In this document: positions 24,746-39,329 of the stretch, one piece after another
Layout: every line of letters starts with the position of its first letter
Position numbering within the stretch: position 1 is the stretch's first letter
Source of the DNA: Antedon mediterranea
Lineage: Eukaryota > Animalia > Echinodermata
Direction: 5' to 3'
Assembly: GCF_964355755.1 (NCBI RefSeq)
Contig: NC_092671.1
Coordinates: 20,026,001 to 20,090,000, forward strand
Length of the DNA stretch: 64,000 nucleotides
Notes under the pieces: generated by a model
What the model saw: the letters and a program-made list of their open reading frames with translations, nothing else
What the model was told of the DNA's origin: nothing
Databases searched by the model: none
Position numbers and translations under genes: made by a program

Positions 24746-27700
24746 TTAACAATCAGATGATGTTATCGTGGATTGGTTAGAATTGTACGAAGGACATGTA
24801 AGTTCCATCGGTTCTGGGAACATAAGACGGTGCTTTCTTCGCCTTCTAAAAATAATTGAAACAAAAATGCATCAGGCCTATTTACGTAGATTGCGTAAAC
24901 CTATTGACATTATGATAGTAATTATATTATACAGTAGGCCTATACTAAACAATTATTGTTTTCTTGATTAATTTTTGTCTGCTCATTTTCACCAAAATGA
25001 ACGTTATCTTACCTTGACCAAACAAATACAATAACAATTATCATAGCAACTAGAGTAACTATGATGCCAGCAAAAATAAAAAACAGTTGTTTGTATGTTT
25101 CTGTCCAATCCTGAAGAAAAAAACCGGAACATTTTGATTAGGTAGGAGTTGCTGTAGATTGGGATTTAAATGCATATTTATTTATTTATCACAAGTGACA
25201 CGTAATAAAAAAAAAAATGAACAAACATTATTAATGAAACATACTGTATATAGAATATAAATTATTTAAATTTTTGTAAAAAAACTCATTAACCATTTTT
25301 TAGTTGAGCGATATAAAAAAATGTTTCGTTTTAGGCCTACTATATTCCATTTTTCGGTCTGTTAAGCTGCTTATAATTCCAAGTACATTGTGGGTGATTA
25401 ATAATGATATAGTTATTTTGCTGATGTGTATGCAATTTAATGTCCAATTTCCTACGTTTTTTAGATCTAATTTAAGGTCACAAACTACATTTAATGTAGA
25501 AATCTATATGGTCCTATATTGCGATAACTTTTTTCGTCGTTAAACGGTTAAAGATGTGAATAATAATTTAAGAGGTCCGGTAGCATTTGTTTTTCCTATT
25601 AGGTTAAGGCAGAAACTATAGAGTACATATATCATGAATATTTATGATGTATCCTGAGCTCATCACCGCATACTAGTTCATTGTCAACAACTTTTGTTTC
25701 AAAAAATAACACATAATAGTTATCCACTTTGACCTAAAATTTGATCTAAAAAAAATTATTTACCTGAAAAACTGTAATGTAAAGCAAAACATTGTCAAAT
25801 TGGCTTCCAGTGAGTTTAACCATTTATTATTTTATTTTACAAGTAAAAACATTATTTTGTTTAATTTTAAATTTTATTAAAACTACAAAATAACCTATTC
25901 AAAATCTGATTTAAATAATCTTCATTTTTCATATTTTTGGGGGACAATACATCTTTAAATAGTGCATCGTTTCTAATTTACCATAAACCGTACATATAGC
26001 ATTTAATACAAGGAATGGCCTGGTTTAATGTTTTTAAAGTAATATATATACATTGTTTAAACAAAAAGTTGTAGAGAATGGGTCTTTAATGTTAGATTAG
26101 CCAAGCCAATATCATCAATTCATTGTACATGTACGATGACAATATGTACGATGACAATATATATATTGTATTCATATTGAATTTTAAATTAGTTGTACTT
26201 ATATTGCTTTAACTTCCTTCCTTCCTTTAACAATTCGTTATACATTTAGGCATACTTACTTGATATTTAGTGCCTGAATCTGTGTATAGTTTATAGGGAT
26301 ACATTTGTCTTTCAGCTTCTCCCATCGGTAGTTCATCAACCATATTTTTAATCTTACTATCAGGCACAAAACTATTATTTACGAACACCACAAACGCTAC
26401 ACTTGTAATGACGTTTCTAGAACGAAACACAGTACAGATAAATACAGATGAATTGTATATTTATTTTACTATATAATTATAACTATGTATTCCTACATCC
26501 CATCCATGTCGTCCACAAACTTAATAACACATTATAAGTTGTTTAAAGCAACAACAAATGTTGTAAATCCTACTCTTATGTTATCACGGTATTTTAACAA
26601 ATAAACTTTAAAACATGCTATATATTACAACATTCAAAATGCTTACGATTGGTCATTTAAACTTGTTGAGATAACTATGCATTCCACCTTTGTAGCGCCA
26701 TCTATATTGTTATTTTCACTAAGTAACGTCGCGAATTTTTCCTCCAGTTCGTTTGTGTTAATGGCAGATCCTTCTATGTCTATTTTATATCCATTTTTCT
26801 GCGAATCTTAAATAAAGAACAGAAAATACGTATGTTTATAAAGTACGCTACCCTTTATGCCATATACGATGGTCATACAATATGGTCAAATCAAAAACTA
26901 TTATAAATATTACTTATAAGGTATATGCATTCACATTGTACGAACTATTATAAATATTAAATATTCTAGTGATAGCGTTTATTGCGTCGCATTGTTGTAA
27001 CCTGTGGCACTTTGTAATTACTCTTGTCGCACAAACAACATAATTGGTTAAAATGAGAAAAATGTTTACCAATTTGGCAGTTTCCCCCTGTGAATATACC
27101 AGTGCATTCGCATTGGTATTGATTCACCAAATCAGCACACTTTCCTCCATTTAAACACGGATGACTAATACATTCATTCACGTTTATTTCACAAAATGTT
27201 CCATTGAACCCATTGACGCAAATACAGTAGTAACCGTTTAAAATATCGATACAGATACCATGATAGCAGGGGTTACTATCACATTCATTGATCTCGACAT
27301 CACATGTTAATCTATGGTAGCCGGACGCACATTCACACGTAAAGTAGTTTATATGGTCATGACAAGTTGCATTGTTCACACAAGGATTACTAAAACATTC
27401 ATCGATATCTATTTCACAGACGTCACCTGAATATCCCGAAGGGCACAAACACAAAAATCCATTTACACGATCATGACAAACACCGTCATTTTGACATGGG
27501 TTACTTAAACACTCGTTAATATTGTGTTCACATCTTGTGCCATTGTAGCCTGGTTGGCACAGGCAATTGAACGCTCCGTGACCATTTACGCACGTGGCAT
27601 TATTCTGACATGGATTACTAAGGCACTCATTGAGGTCAATTTCACAGTCTGTACCGTTAAATCCCTGTGAACAGTCACAATAATAATACGCTATCTGATC

Positions 27701-30700
27701 GTTGCACGTTCCTCCATGAATACATGGTGAACTAGAACATTCGTCTATTTCTACTTCACATAAGTCACCACGAAAACCAGTTCCTCCACAATAGCATTCG
27801 AAATGGTTGATCAAGTTCCGACACTGCCCATGGATACATGGTGAAGAGGTACATTCATCAATGTCATATTCACAATCACGTCCATAATAACCTGTGGTAC
27901 AGTTACAAATATATGAACCAATAAGGTCAGTACACTGGCTTCCGTGCTGACAGGGGTTACTATCACATTCATCTATCTCGATCTCACACAGTGTTCCTTG
28001 AAAACCAAGTGAACAAAAACATTCGAAATAGTTTATTCTGTCATGACAAATACCATTGTTATGACATGGACTACTTTCACACTCGTCGATATTAGTACCA
28101 CAATGGGGATCGGTGAATCCTGGAGAACAGTCACATTTGAAATGATTGATTCCATCTATACATGTTGCATTATTGACGCATGGATGACTGGTGCACTCAT
28201 TAACGTCGTTTTCACAGAAGATTCCGTCAAAACCACCGCTACAATCGCAGTTAAAGTAGTTCACAAAATCAAAGCACGATCCGTTATTTCTACAGGGCGA
28301 GCTTTCGCATTCATTTACATCAATTTCACAATGATTACCTTTATAACCACTTGGACATAAACAAACGTATTCATTTATGTGGTCCGTACAAGTACCCTTA
28401 TTAACACAAGGGCTAGATAAACACTCATTGATGTCTACCGCACAATATTTCCCTTTAAAGCCATCTGCACAAATACAAGAATAATCACCTATGCCATCTA
28501 CACACGTTGACTCGCTCGTACAGTTATTACTAATACATTCATCAATGTCAATATCACAGACTTCACCTGTATACCCTTTTGTACATGCACAGTTGTACAT
28601 TCCTATGAGGTCGATACAAGTAGAATCATGTTTACATGGATTACTATTGCATTCATTTATTTCGTTTTCACAAAATTGTCCATTAAACCCGTCTTTACAG
28701 GTACAATACACATGGTTAATTTTATCTGTACATGTTGAGTTGTTTGCACATGGATTACTTAGGCACTCGTCAATATTTTGGTCACACAGTTCTCCGTTAT
28801 AACCAGGCATACAGTTGCAACTGAAATCATTGATTCCATCCTCACAAAGACCTCGTTTGCAAGGAGAACTAGCACATTCATCAGTATTTGTTTCACAGTG
28901 AATCCCCTCATAACCTCGAAGACATGTGCAGTAATATCCAGCAATTTTGTCCAGACACGTTGCGTTGTTGTGACATGGAATGCTCGCACATTCGTCAATA
29001 TTGTCACCACATTTATCGCCATCAAAACCCTCAGTACATGTACAGGTATAACCGTTTAGTTTGTCGTTACAAGCTCCTCCATTCAAACATGGTTTTACTT
29101 CTTTGGTGCATTCATTTATTTCAGTTTGACAGAATTGACCTGATAAAATAAATTGCATTACATTATGCTACAATAATTATTCACAAAGAAAACTGTAGGT
29201 ATTATAACTTTCAACCTTAAAATTGATAATAATTTGTTTATAGTATTAATATCAACACAATGTCATACCTTCATAACCGGGTGCACATGTGCAATAGAAA
29301 TGACCAATTTGATCAGTACAAGAACCATTGTTTTGACACGGTGAACTTTCACATTCGTCAATATCGGTTTCACAATTTGTACCTATATTCAGTAATAAAC
29401 AAAAATGAATATATGTTTACTACATAAGCTGATTTATTTTTTATTTTAAAAAAATATGTTGGTGCTTTCATCTGTCCCATGCTTTAAATAAATAAATTTA
29501 AAAACGCTTTACCTTCATATCCCTTTAAACATTTGCATATGTAGCTGTTTTCCTTGTCTTCACATGTTGCTTCATTTTTGCATGGGTCACTGCCGCATTC
29601 GTTGCTTTCTTTTTCACAATTCTTACCTAAAGCAAAAATAGTTTATTAAAGTACGTTATTAAAAGCCAAGAATCAAATATTTGGTGGTACTGTAGATGTA
29701 AAAAAATGGATTTCTCTCAAATTTTTACCATGGATAGGCACTTCAATAAAAAGCATATCAACAACATTCATTTTAATTTTTAGCCTTCATTGCCATGTCA
29801 ACGATCAATTTTCCAAATGTTGATAGGTTTCCTATAGTGAAAAAGCATAACTTGTATACTTATTTTAAACCAAAGAAAACTTACATTATACAGTTTTTGT
29901 TTATAGCAGTGTAGACAAAAGTATTGAGAGTTCATTTAATGCAGAAAAAAAATTACAAAATGTAGTTTGGTTGATACCACTATTTTAAAAAGGGGTGCTT
30001 ATTTTTTTTAAAGTATATACCTCAAGGACAGGTGTTCACTTTACTAGTAATGTTTTATCGAAATTGACAATAGTTCATAACAATTCTCAACAAATCTCAT
30101 TTTTTACCTTAGCAACGATTTCTATGTGTAACTAAGAAAACTAATTTTATAAATAACAACATTATGGCGATTTTATGAATACAAACAATTGATTGCATTT
30201 GCACTTCTACTTTTTCTCAAGTTTACTTCTACTGCATTCTAATAATCACAGATAAGTGAAGACAAATATGACCATGTAAAAGGGTCATTTTATGTAAAAT
30301 GAGGTAGTAACTGTTTCTAAGCGTAACTAAGGAAAATATTTTTAGACTAAGGGGTTTTCATAAATACAAATAATTTATAACATGGTTTTACATTTCTACT
30401 TTTTCCCAAATTTACTTTACTGAATCCTAATAATCACAGTTATCTTAAACCTGTTTCTGTACATGGGTAACTAAGGATAATTTTTATAATAAAATATGAG
30501 ACTTTCAGGAAAAAAAATAATTGAATAAATTTTACATTTGAGGTAAAATTGAGGTTAACCTTTTTCCTATAGTGAACCGTAGCAACTGTTTCTATGCGTA
30601 TTAAGTACAAGTAAATTTTTGTTAAATATTTAATTACGGGGTTTCATGACTACAAAACATAGTTTACACTTCTAACTTTTCTCAATCTCAATATGTGAAT

Positions 30701-33652
30701 AGGTAATTTGGAGTCAAATTATGTCAACATTTATTATTTATGTTATTTTAGAACCTGTTTCTATGCGTAACTAAAGATAATTTTTCTTTTAATAAATAAT
30801 ATAGGGAGAAATAATATAATTATTATTATTACTTGTATAGCGCACATTTATACAACATTTAATTATAATCAGCGGCGCTTCACATCAATTATTATCGTAA
30901 CATTGTTTGAAATATAGTGCTTTTAAATGTTTTTTAAACTGATTATAGTCCTCTAATATTTGTATAAAATAGTATGAAAAATCTACATAATATCTAAATT
31001 TTACTTGTAATGACAATCAAATAATCAAAATCTGGGGTTTTCATAAATACAATTATTAATCAATTATAACACTACTGAATTGAACAATCACAGTGAAAAC
31101 AATTGGTAATTTGAGGTCAAGTAAAGTTGAAATACAACTTTTCTAGAAACAAAGTCAGCGTAGAAGTGTTAATTGTTTTTTTTTAGATTTAAAGGGGTAA
31201 TATTATTACAGTATAAACTATAAACCAATATTTATTATAAAATGCGATATTTTACGTGCTGACCTTAAATTAAATTAAACTTTTTAATTTAAAGAGTAAA
31301 AATGCATTTCACGTCAGGGCTTCAATTTTTGTTATGTAGCATTATAACATACCTGAGTATATCATTGACATTTGATTGGCTAAATTTAAGGGAGGGGGAA
31401 GTGGTGGAGACAGGATTTTAAAATAGTTAGGAGGTGGGTGGATGAGAGGGTCTAAAAAATAAAGACCCGAACTTAACTTTATGTACTATCTTTTGCATTG
31501 CAATTTTGAAACTTGTGTTTTATGAGGGGGTATTGAGAGGGTGTTGGTGGAGCTTGAATTCGTCTATTTGTTGGGAGGACGATGGTAGCGGCAGTGTGGT
31601 AGTTTTGTGAAGAAAGAAGGGTGGTGCTTGGTTGCATGAATTTGACACTCTAAAGTGCGGGACGATCGACACAAGTAGAGTAGTAGTAGTTAGTTTGTTA
31701 TCTTTTTGTAGTTGTGTGTGATCTGCTTAGGTAAGCAAATAGAAGAAGTAAAAAATGAAAGAGGAGCTTCAAAATAAGAGAGGAGTAATCTATTGCAAAT
31801 ATTAAAATTCACAACGATCTGGTATAATTTAATACAATTTTCAGAGGATATAACGTTGAAAATGACACTAAAACTGGGAATTACAGAATCTATAATTACA
31901 AATATTGTATAAAACATTAATAATTGTTCTGACCAATGGGTTTGTAATCAGATAATCAAAGAAAATATATAATAATTTTGCTAATATACCGTACCATGTT
32001 TTGGTTTTTTTTTTACCTCAGTATTGAAACTACCTATTTGTACAGTAATAAATTAGCTTAAAATACACTCTGGGCGTCATGATTAAGTTAAAAATACCCC
32101 CTTTTAAAATATGAATTCAAAAATATAAAAAAGTATGAAATAGGTATAATGCATTGTTATTAAGCATACACTAATTATTTGTTATAATTAAATGAACACA
32201 AAGTCACTCGACTCAGTCAGTTGAAAAGTATCTTGTTTGACGTTACATAGTAATGAAATTCAATATAAGTTAATTGTGTTCTTACCATAGTAACCCAAAC
32301 TGCATCTACATTCATACCATCCTATATGGTCTATACACATTCCATTCGTATAGCACTCAGTATTCGCATTCTTGCATTCGATTATTTCAGTACTACAGTT
32401 AGGTCCTTCATAACCAGTAACACATTCTTCTTCACCTGTCTCAATGTTGCAGACAAAATTTTCTGGAGGAACACAACGCTTTGAACATGTTGGTCCGTAA
32501 AAATCATCGTCACAGTATACTGCCACATCAATGGTTGTACTACTTTTAGGTTTCCTGTGAATATGAATAATGATCAAAAGTAAACACAAAATATATAAAG
32601 TATTATTTATTTTGATTAATGATTATTCGCACATTTTTGTTGATATAAGATATAAAATATAATTAATTCTGAGTAAATCGTCGTACTTACTGAAGTGGAC
32701 CTTCCCTTATTACGTAACGGGAAGTTTGTAAATCTGACTTATTTGGTTGCAAATTAAGATCATCTAGATGATAAAAAACATTTGCTACCAAGTCATCGGG
32801 ATTCCTTCTGTCCTCATCCCATATTGTAAGGTTAAGCCAAATGCTTCCCTGGTTAGGAATGAAAGAAAATAGTTTAATTTAGTTTATTAGTTTAATATCT
32901 ATATATAAATTTACGTAAGGGCAAAATTCGGTAAATCGCGCGTTACCTTTAGAATGTTTACTAGATGGTATATAAAGTTGGTTTGTACTTTCGGTACACA
33001 TTTTAAGCACCTGATGGGTAATCTGTTATTAACAATTAAAACGAATTTAGGTTCAACGATTTGCCATATCTTGATTGACGACATATCAATAAATAACAAA
33101 CTAATTGTTAAAATGTTTTAGTTTTGTTGTAGCTAGCTTTAATAAATAAAAACTGGAATGGTTTTGATCAACGCGTTTTTAAACCCAAAAACTTACATGC
33201 CATTGCTGTAATTTGAATACCAATGGATTTTCAAATATTATTTCTCCAGATTCATTTTTTAACTGATTGGGAAAACTGAATTTATTCTTATTAAAATAAA
33301 TGACAGGAGTGCTTATACAAGGAGGGTCTGTCTGTTCCTGCTTCCATCTGAAAAAAATAATAAAATAGTCGTTGTAAGCTTAGTGTCATAATTTTACACT
33401 GGACAGTTAATTTGATTATACTAAATCGTACCACATTTCTTATCAACAAACCTAATAAACCTATATATAAACAATAACTGTATGAATGCGAATCAATGTG
33501 GGACACACTCAACAAAGAGAACAAGAATATCAATGTTGTTTTATTTAACTTAATTTTTACTTTATTCAATTCCCAACCAACAGAGATAAAACAAAACAAG
33601 AACACAATAAACATTAAATAATAAAATAAATAAATAAATAATGAAATGATAA

Positions 33653-33685
<33 letters not shown>

Positions 33686-36600
33686 GGTTGTTGTTTAAAC
33701 AAATTAAATATAGTATTGGAAAAAAACGATTATAGTTAAGATTATATATGTATTTAATTTGTTACCAAAATTACTAATGTATTACAATTGAGAAAAATGT
33801 TGCTTTTAAGTCCGGATAAGGATAATGTCATTGTCGTATGAATATTGTTTTTCAAGTATAATATATTTTTTTAGTCCCTAAGTTTCAACTAATTATGTAA
33901 AAATGTTTAAATATCGTTAATTGTTTGTTACTAGAGGGTGAGCTCGCTTCGCTCGCTCTCCCTCTAGGAAGTGTAGACGATGGTTCTCGGAATGATAATG
34001 TTCTCCTTGTACGTTTTCTGTCGGTTACCATTATGGAAAATGCTTGACATTCGTAAAACTAAACTACTCTGTTTCACAGTGTCTTAGATGATTAATAACA
34101 TGTTAAAGTATAGTGTTTATTGTTTGGTAGGGCCCTTATAGGGCGGAGGTGGGGAGGCGGAGTTCATTTGAGGGAGGTGCTTATTCGAGGGATATATGTT
34201 TAGTTTGTTTAGTGTTACTAATAATGGTAACATTTATAATCAAATGAAATCCTCTAGTAGATATGAAAAGTGGTAAAAAAGAATAACAAATGCTTGGTAA
34301 ATTGTAGATAAAATAATATGGTAACATTTTTAATAAAATGAAATCCTCTAATAGATATGAAAAGTGGAAAAAAGAATAACAAATGCTTGGTAAACTGTAG
34401 ATAACAGTGCGATGAATTCTACTACAAATAGTATAATTGTGGAGGGACGTTTATTAGATAGTTGGGTTGGGGGCGAGGGCGATAATTATTCAAAGTGATG
34501 TTTTATTGGAGAGGCGTTTATTCAAATAAATACCATCCTAATAATTATTAATATTATTTAATTTAAACATCTTTTGAAACTAACTGCCGTTACAGAGTGG
34601 GCCCAAGAAAGGAGACATTACGGCTTAGAACATGGGCAGACATCTCGGTCCTAACGGGACACAGATAGCCTACAGTTATTCCTGCCAGCTTACTCAATAA
34701 AACTCAGCTATCGGGATTTCACTCGATTTTAAACAAAATGTCTTATCATCAAATCTCCCTATGTAATTTTATAATACTATTCCCCACAATATATTTGGAT
34801 TCTTTATGGCGCATATTTAATTTGATCTTTATTAATTTACAGTATAATTTTTTATTTTTTTAACTACTGTACCTTCACACGCGCGGTCCGTTCCTAAAAT
34901 AAAAAAAAAAACCTTAAATGGCTATGACTAATGGCCAGTCCTACTATCTGTTTTTTTCTTCCGTCTTCCAAAGGGACACTGTATTGATTGATGGAAAGTG
35001 CCTGTTTCCAGTCACCTTTAGGGTCAAATCTATTATTTTGAACTGCTCCCTTGTGTATAAAAGAGAGAAAATAGTTGAAACCAGGTTGTTGCAAGGTGAA
35101 CTCATCGTAAACTCGGAAATTACTTTGACCGCGAAGAATTGAAATTGAGTTAAAAATCTACTGTTGAAATCATAAATTTTGTTAAAAAACTCTTTATAAT
35201 ATCTTCCTAAGATAGAAATCTGGAACAATATCGTCGAACTGAAAACTAATGTTAACAAATCTACTTTTCGCGGTACATCTGAGATAGATAAGATAGGTAT
35301 CCAAGGCGGAGATTTCTACCGAAGTTTTTCCATTGTGCTCGCCTATGTCAGAATTAACCATAATTTATATATAGATTGTTTGGAAATATATATTTAATTT
35401 AGATGATAATAAGCTTAGAATGGTTAAATTAGCTATGGATAACACATTTTTTGTAAATTATTTTTTATTTTACTGTTTTAACAGCATTGACATTTTCGTA
35501 TCATACATACCTATTTCCATTATGAAGACAAATTGAAAATTTGTTATCACAAGCAGATTTATCTTCGCATCGAGGACCGTGTTTAAGTCGCCCTGTGCTA
35601 TCATACAAAATCAATCCAACCTGAATACTTGCTGTCGCATTTACTTTCTGGAATTATGAAATATATCACTTGGAATATTGGTATTACGATTTTATTTTAA
35701 AGTAACATTCATATAAATGGATATAATTACAAAGAGTGCAATGATGTAGTGCATAGATAACATTTAATATAGCCTGAACTTGAATAATATTTAAGATAGA
35801 CAGACTTAAAGTGAGTATGACAGGTGTTCTTTTAACAAGATCATAATAGTAAACCTCAAAATTAACATAGCATAATTTGTGTCCTTGATAACAATACGTA
35901 TATTTCCTTGAAGCAGTATTTCTATAGCATTGTACTACCACATCCGTAGATCCTTCCTAGTAGATTATAGCCAACAGAAAGTGTTACTGTTAATGTTTTC
36001 ACTTTTCTGGTTTTAAATATTACGTTTTGATTACTATTTAAAGAGAAATTCGATGTCAGAATGATCTTTTTTCTCCCCGAGAGTTGGGATGGGTTTTCTG
36101 CCCTTTTGTCAATTTGTGTGTATTTTCAAAAACCTACCAATATTTGTTTGATTCTTCAAATTTTCAATGATTGTTCTATGCCAAAAAATAAACTCATTTT
36201 AATGTGGTCTTTTGTATTTATTTGTACATATATCAATATATATATAACACCTAAATAAATTCCTGTCAATTGATTGGACGAATGTGGGTCACACGGTGTG
36301 CAATAGTATACAAATAATGAATGTTTATGAGTGTAATGGTACAAATAATGGAATGAGGTGAATGAAAAAATGTTATATATCAAAAAGGCGACAGCCGAGT
36401 TGATATTTAACCTTCCATCATTTACCAAATGTGAAAAACATAAACATTCATTATTTGTTTTATATAACATCTAAATAGATTCCTGTCATTTGAATCAAAT
36501 TAAAGGTAGGCCTAGCCAATTCCTATATTTGATTCACATAATAATTACATTAGATATTATTATTTATTATTGATTTAATAAATGCACAACTGTTAGTGTT

Positions 36601-37628
36601 AATTATGTCAACAAACGACCAACAAGCCTAGGCCTAATTTTTACAGGCCTAGGACTACTACTAGGCCTCGCTAGGCCTAGGCTGAAAGACAGCACTATCA
36701 AACTTCGACAGGGAACTGAAACTTATCTAGGCTAATTATAAGCTTCCCACAAGGAGCAGGGGAGGTTAGGACCTGTACATGAAATTAATTTACTAGTAAA
36801 AAGTGGGTATAAAAAAACTGTTTAGATTAAACAAATGATTACTTTAGTCCTACATTTTTAAATTCGTATTTACTTGGCACCACGGATAATTTACTTGTTT
36901 CTTAATTTGGTAGGATGTTTGTATAAAGATAAAAATATAGATAATTTCTTGTTTATTTTTCCCATTTTAAAAAGAAGATTTAAAAGAATAAAATTGGTCT
37001 ACGGAAAATCAATTATTCTAGTTTGTAAATGACTTGCAATATAATAATAACAATGATATTTGTATCATTATTTCAGTGTATATTTATTCATGTAAATCCA
37101 CTTTAAAATAGGTGCGCCTTATTTAAATCCAAAATCTATCACTTTCAATGCTAATGTGATTGCTAACTAGAAATGAATGGAGCTGTTTCAAGTAAAAAAT
37201 AAAGATAATATAATTATAATAATGGTGGTGATCTCAAATAAACTCGCATGATTGAAGATCCACTAGTGGTATATTATTAACATACACCGTGGTTATTCTA
37301 AATGAAGTTTTAGTTCAAACTAACCAAACATATATTAAAATGTTATATCTCAATAATGTCTTTGTTGGCCTAGAAACCTGTTATTGGTTATTTATAATAC
37401 TATACGGGTAAATCATAATTGTGCATACTTTAATTCCATTTCTGATCTGGTTGATTATAAACATGACAATAGAATGTAGGCCTAATCATTGTTTAGCAGT
37501 AAAATACATTCTGTACCACCTTCAACGATATCAGATAATAATTTAACAATTTATATACAATTACTTACCAGGATAACTTTGAATGAAAGACAGACACATA
37601 ATAATAACAGTGAGACAAAATTCTTCAT
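24746..37628 (-). CDS. Gene A: Delta/Notch-ligand-like type-I membrane protein (signal peptide, MNNL/C2-like, atypical DSL, 21 EGF, juxtamembrane domain, TM, short tail)
   Basis: Phase-consistent GT-AG exons: 37628-37569 ([20 protein letters not shown]), 35647-35511, 33347-33197 ([11 protein letters not shown]), 32848-32691 (LTIWDED..PDDLV), 32554-32286 ([13 protein letters not shown] + EGF), 29626-29513, 29382-29269, 29139-27070 (18 cbEGF), 26806-26647, 26416-26260, 25110-25013 ([25 protein letters not shown]), 24845-24746 (RRRKHR...SDC*). Confidence 0.85.
25700..25954. mobile_element. Kolobok MITE remnant (one terminus) in a gene A intron
   Basis: GGGACAATACATCT+TTAA at 25941-25958; body similar to 38299-38655. 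Confidence 0.7.
32898..33000 (+). mobile_element. Helitron-like 5' end fragment
   Basis: A|TCTATATATAAATTTACGTAAGGGCAAAATTCGGTAAATCGCGCG is the inverted match of 58170-58223. Confidence 0.5.
33931..33967. repeat. CTAG-bounded hairpin, probable Helitron-like 3' end (minus strand)
   Basis: CTAGAGGGTGAGC...GCTCTCCCTCTAG followed by GATGGTTCTC, as at 57026-57078. Confidence 0.45.
34220..34402. repeat. ~90-bp tandem duplication
   Basis: ATGGTAACATTT...ATGAAATCCTCTA...GAATAACAAATGCTTGGTAAA...GTAGATAA twice. Confidence 0.8.
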
Positions 37629-37734
37629 GGTTTTAACAGGTATTAATTAAAGGGTGTGAAGTTTACCGGATCGTATTTTCAACTACCTTAAACCATAGTT
37701 TTATTGACCTCTTATTGAGTTCATTTGTGAAAAA

Positions 37735-38756
37735 CCAAGTTAAAGGATTTCCTAAATACTTCCGCTTCGGAAAAGAAATCAAACACCTTTTCATACAAGC
37801 AAACGTTGCGGAATGCTATAGGTATATAGTTTGTTACTAATATTAAATCATTAACCTTTAAGTATTTATTGGTCGTGATTGATTCTAATAAATATATCAT
37901 TATACATTATTCTGAACGTATAAATTAATACTTATTTTAACAACAACAACAAACTATCGCTTTCCAATATACACTCCCTAGCTTTTGGTCGGACATTAGT
38001 AACTTAATTCACTTAATGAACCAAATTGAGGTATTTTTGAACTATTGATTCTGGATTCCATAGTTCAGAATCTATGTAACTATGTAAAAACAACCAATTG
38101 TACAAACAAACGTCCGCCGATGGATTTTTAAAAGTAAAATTTAAAAAAAAAACGTCTTCACCAAGTTAAACGATTTCCTAAATACTTCCGCTTCGGAAAA
38201 GAAATCAATACACCTTTTCATACCAGCAAACTCTGCAGAATTCTATAGACCAAAAAATGTATATATTTTGTTACTAATATTAAATCATTAACATTTAAAG
38301 ATGTATTGTCGCCCTGAAAAATTAATTTTTTAAAAATGTTTTATGTTGAATATGCCATTTTAATGTCACCAAATTAGTTATCCACTTTGACTAAAAATTG
38401 GATCGAAAAAAAAAGTATTTACCTAAAAAATGTAATTTAAGGGAAAATATAGTCAAGTTGGCTGCCAGCCAATGGGTTTTTGGTTGAAATTAACCATTTT
38501 TTTTGTATTGAAAACATTCATATTTTCCAGTTTTTTCCTACAGAAAAATTATTAATATTAATTAATAATTAACTTTATAAAAGCTGCAAAATAATCTATT
38601 TAAAGTCTGATTTCATTAATCTTTATTTTTCATGTTTTTGGGGGACAATACATCTTGTATAGTATTTCTTGGTCATGATTGATTCTATCGGAGGTTTTGT
38701 TGATAAAACATATCATTATACATTTTTCTGAACGTATAAATTAATACTTATTTTAA
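37735..38756. repeat. Duplicated ~200-bp segment upstream of the gene A start codon (37735-37940; 38161-38756, second copy MITE-interrupted)
   Basis: CCAAGTTAAA.GATTTCCTAAATACTTCCGCTTCGGAAAAGAAATCAA...TCTGAACGTATAAATTAATACTTATTTTAA in both copies. Confidence 0.85.
38299..38655. mobile_element. Kolobok-family MITE (~357 bp)
   Basis: TTAA+AGATGTATTGTC ... GGGGACAATACATCT; the empty TTAA site is visible in the paralogous copy at ~37858; right TSD degenerate. Confidence 0.85.
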
Positions 38757-39329
38757 ATTAAAGTTTATGATTCATTCATTTGGTATAAAAAATGCACAAT
38801 AATAATAACAGTTTCACGAAAAAGCTTTAAAGAAGAAAATAGAGTTTGAATCTTGCTTCATCTGGCATGGTTCGGAATTAACTGTTAAGGATAAGTAAAA
38901 ATATAAAAAAAGTATGGATAAAAGATTTTAATCAGAAATTCAAATGTAGATGATATAATAATTAGTTTAATACTTTTTAGGTTTGTAAATAGTAATTTTT
39001 CTTAACGTGAACCGTCCGAATCGGCAAGAATTCTTTCTCGACCTGATTTCAAGAGTTCCCTCCACGTTTATCGCCTGATCGGCAATGTCTCTACAACATC
39101 ATATAACAAAACAGTTTTATTACAAAATACGAGGAGGTTTATTACAAAATAATACTATTTTAAACACGAGTTTGTAGAAACCTAACAATTTTACCAGATA
39201 TTCGGCATCTCCCGCTCACATTATTATTTGCCTTATTTGCAATAAGGCAGAAATCATGAATAATTCATTAGAATAATTATGAATTAATATGGAACATTAT
39301 AGAGGCGCTATTACGCATGGATCATTACT

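Noticed and set aside
28043-29151. Several alternative-frame and antisense ORFs over the gene A EGF exon
   Set aside because: Shadow ORFs of the Cys-rich EGF reading frame.
26966-29158. Calling the EGF ORFs Notch or fibropellin
   Set aside because: No LNR, ankyrin, CUB or avidin domains; the spliced models have a ligand-type head and a short tail.
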